From the sequence record SRR22947725_5055: a stretch of DNA of 37,508 nt, one strand, 5' to 3'. Under the pieces are notes generated by a model, which saw only the letters and a program-made list of their open reading frames with translations, had not been told where the DNA came from and did no database searches. Position 1 is the first letter of the stretch, and each line of letters opens with the position of its first letter. Position numbers and translations under genes: made by a program. This document shows positions 36,228-37,508 of this stretch, in pieces.

Positions 36228-37508
36228 TCTTCTATACTCCTAAAATAATTTTCCATAATTTTTTTGAACTCAGGGGGAGGGGATTGGGACATCCCACCGC
36301 TTTTCTTAGATTTCCGGGAGTCTTTAGGTAAGTTTAGGACTTCACCTGCGTTTTCACCAAGTTCGCGGTCACTCGTTCCTCCTTGGTTCGAACCTCCTCC
36401 TGATTTTCCGGCCGTCATGACCGGGGCTTTTCCTTCACCTCCTTGTCCTAGTTGCTGCATTAGGAACTGCATCGCCGTTATGCTGAGTCCCTGAGTACTC
36501 GATTGTGGGGAGTTGTTCGTCTCCAAAATTAGGTTGATTAGGTCGGTTATGATCTCCTTGGATTGAGTTTGGGCTTTTTGTGTTATTTCTCCTGCTTCGC
36601 CTTTTTTTAACCCGATAGCCGATTCGGACATCGCGGTATGGGTATCGTCAAATAGGGGATTGAGACTTTCCTTGGCGAGCTCGATTTGAACATCGGTCAG
36701 ATCAAGCATGAGTTCTAGCTGTTGATCGTTGAGGGTATTTGTCCAGTTTTCACGCTTTGCTTTAAAGTTACCGCTGTCAACGACTTGAGTCTTCTTAATA
36801 ATATCTCCTTGACCATCGCGGATTCTCAAAAGAGCGAGGATTTGTTCTGTGATGTCTTTTCCCATTCCCTCTCCTTGGCCTTGCCCCGAGCCGCTCCCCG
36901 ACGGAGAGATTTGTGCATCGAGCATGTCTGCCCACACTTTGAATTTCTCTTCCCATAATTCGAGGGCGTCCATAGCCTCGAAAGCTACATTGCGTTCAAT
37001 TTTGTGCGAAACCATCAGTAATCCACTTTCTGTCTTTTCTTTGTCCATCAGTTTGCTTACTTCTCCATAAACCTCTGTGCCCGTTCTTTCATGAAACCGG
37101 CTAATTTCCTTTTGAATTTCTCCCGCTTCCAAATGGGTGTCGAATTGGAGCATTTCCATCCGATCTTTTTCTTTTGAAACCTTTGGTGTTAGTAGTTCAA
37201 TATTTGCTCCAATGGATGCGGGTAGAATTTTGAGTATTCCCTTGGTCAAGTTCTTTTCGGTCTGTTCCACCTTTCGAAGGCGTTGGGCAAAATTGAGTGC
37301 TTCGAGCCTGTCGAGTTGTTCCGAACTGTCAGCCAGTATTTCCTGAAGTTCGCTAATCGCTTCGCGTTCGAGTTGTTCGGCTTCGGCGAGTGATTCCGAG
37401 GCCGAGGAGGGATTGGATACTTGGGCCAGGTTCATTTTTGAACTGGCGGGACTCATCTTACTGGAGGCGACGCCTTTCATCTTTTCAAGAGTTTCTCCAA
37501 AATCCTCC
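36224..37508 (-). CDS. Large helical/coiled-coil hypothetical protein (DUF4175-like C-terminus); 5'-truncated
   Basis: Frame is open to the window end. Q/E/L-rich helices, Gly/Ser/Gln-rich linkers, terminal PPEFKKIMENYF motif; ATGA overlap with the next gene. Confidence 0.7.
   Translation of the reverse strand, partial: EDFGETLEKMKGVASSKMSPASSKMNLAQVSNPSSASESLAEAEQLEREAISELQEILADSSEQLDRLEALNFAQRLRKVEQTEKNLTKGILKILPASIGANIELLTPKVSKEKDRMEMLQFDTHLEAGEIQKEISRFHERTGTEVYGEVSKLMDKEKTESGLLMVSHKIERNVAFEAMDALELWEEKFKVWADMLDAQISPSGSGSGQGQGEGMGKDITEQILALLRIRDGQGDIIKKTQVVDSGNFKAKRENWTNTLNDQQLELMLDLTDVQIELAKESLNPLFDDTHTAMSESAIGLKKGEAGEITQKAQTQSKEIITDLINLILETNNSPQSSTQGLSITAMQFLMQQLGQGGEGKAPVMTAGKSGGGSNQGGTSDRELGENAGEVLNLPKDSRKSKKSGGMSQSPPPEFKKIMENYFRSIEE

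Noticed and set aside
1-37508. CRISPR array, IS elements, rRNA, defence systems
   Set aside because: No regularly spaced repeats, transposase or integrase motifs, rRNA-like sequence or defence-domain proteins were recognised.

Overview
A gene-dense, AT-rich bacterial chromosomal segment. The gene content (PSD1/planctomycete cytochrome c + DUF1501 pair, prenyltransferase-repeat protein, two ThuA proteins, sulfatase, ACT protein) is typical of the PVC superphylum, most plausibly a marine Verrucomicrobiota/Opitutales-like genome; this taxonomy is inference. Left half (1-21.5 kb): carbohydrate use, with a partial arylsulfatase, an esterase, an SMP-30 lactonase, an SDR + sugar ABC transporter + divergent UxaE-like epimerase operon, an AraC regulator divergent from the cytochrome c/DUF1501 pair, xylulokinase and a stand-alone OvoA-type methyltransferase. 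Right half: housekeeping/envelope genes (rodA, RNase E/G, glycerate kinase, DUF2062, NamZ-like, ACT, Sel1, tRNA-Ser(GCT), lipoproteins) and the 3' end of a minus-strand operon of large secreted proteins. Signals not in the ORF track: a decayed phoD pseudogene fragment (2556-2869), a 40-aa lipoprotein gene with RBS and terminator (18954-19076), an AraC-type 17-bp direct repeat pair (11358-11395), a structured inverted-repeat element (16752-16908), and an apparently circularly permuted FGE-sulfatase domain inserted into a WD40 propeller. No mobile elements, CRISPR arrays or rRNA were seen. Family assignments rest on motif recognition by eye, not database searches.
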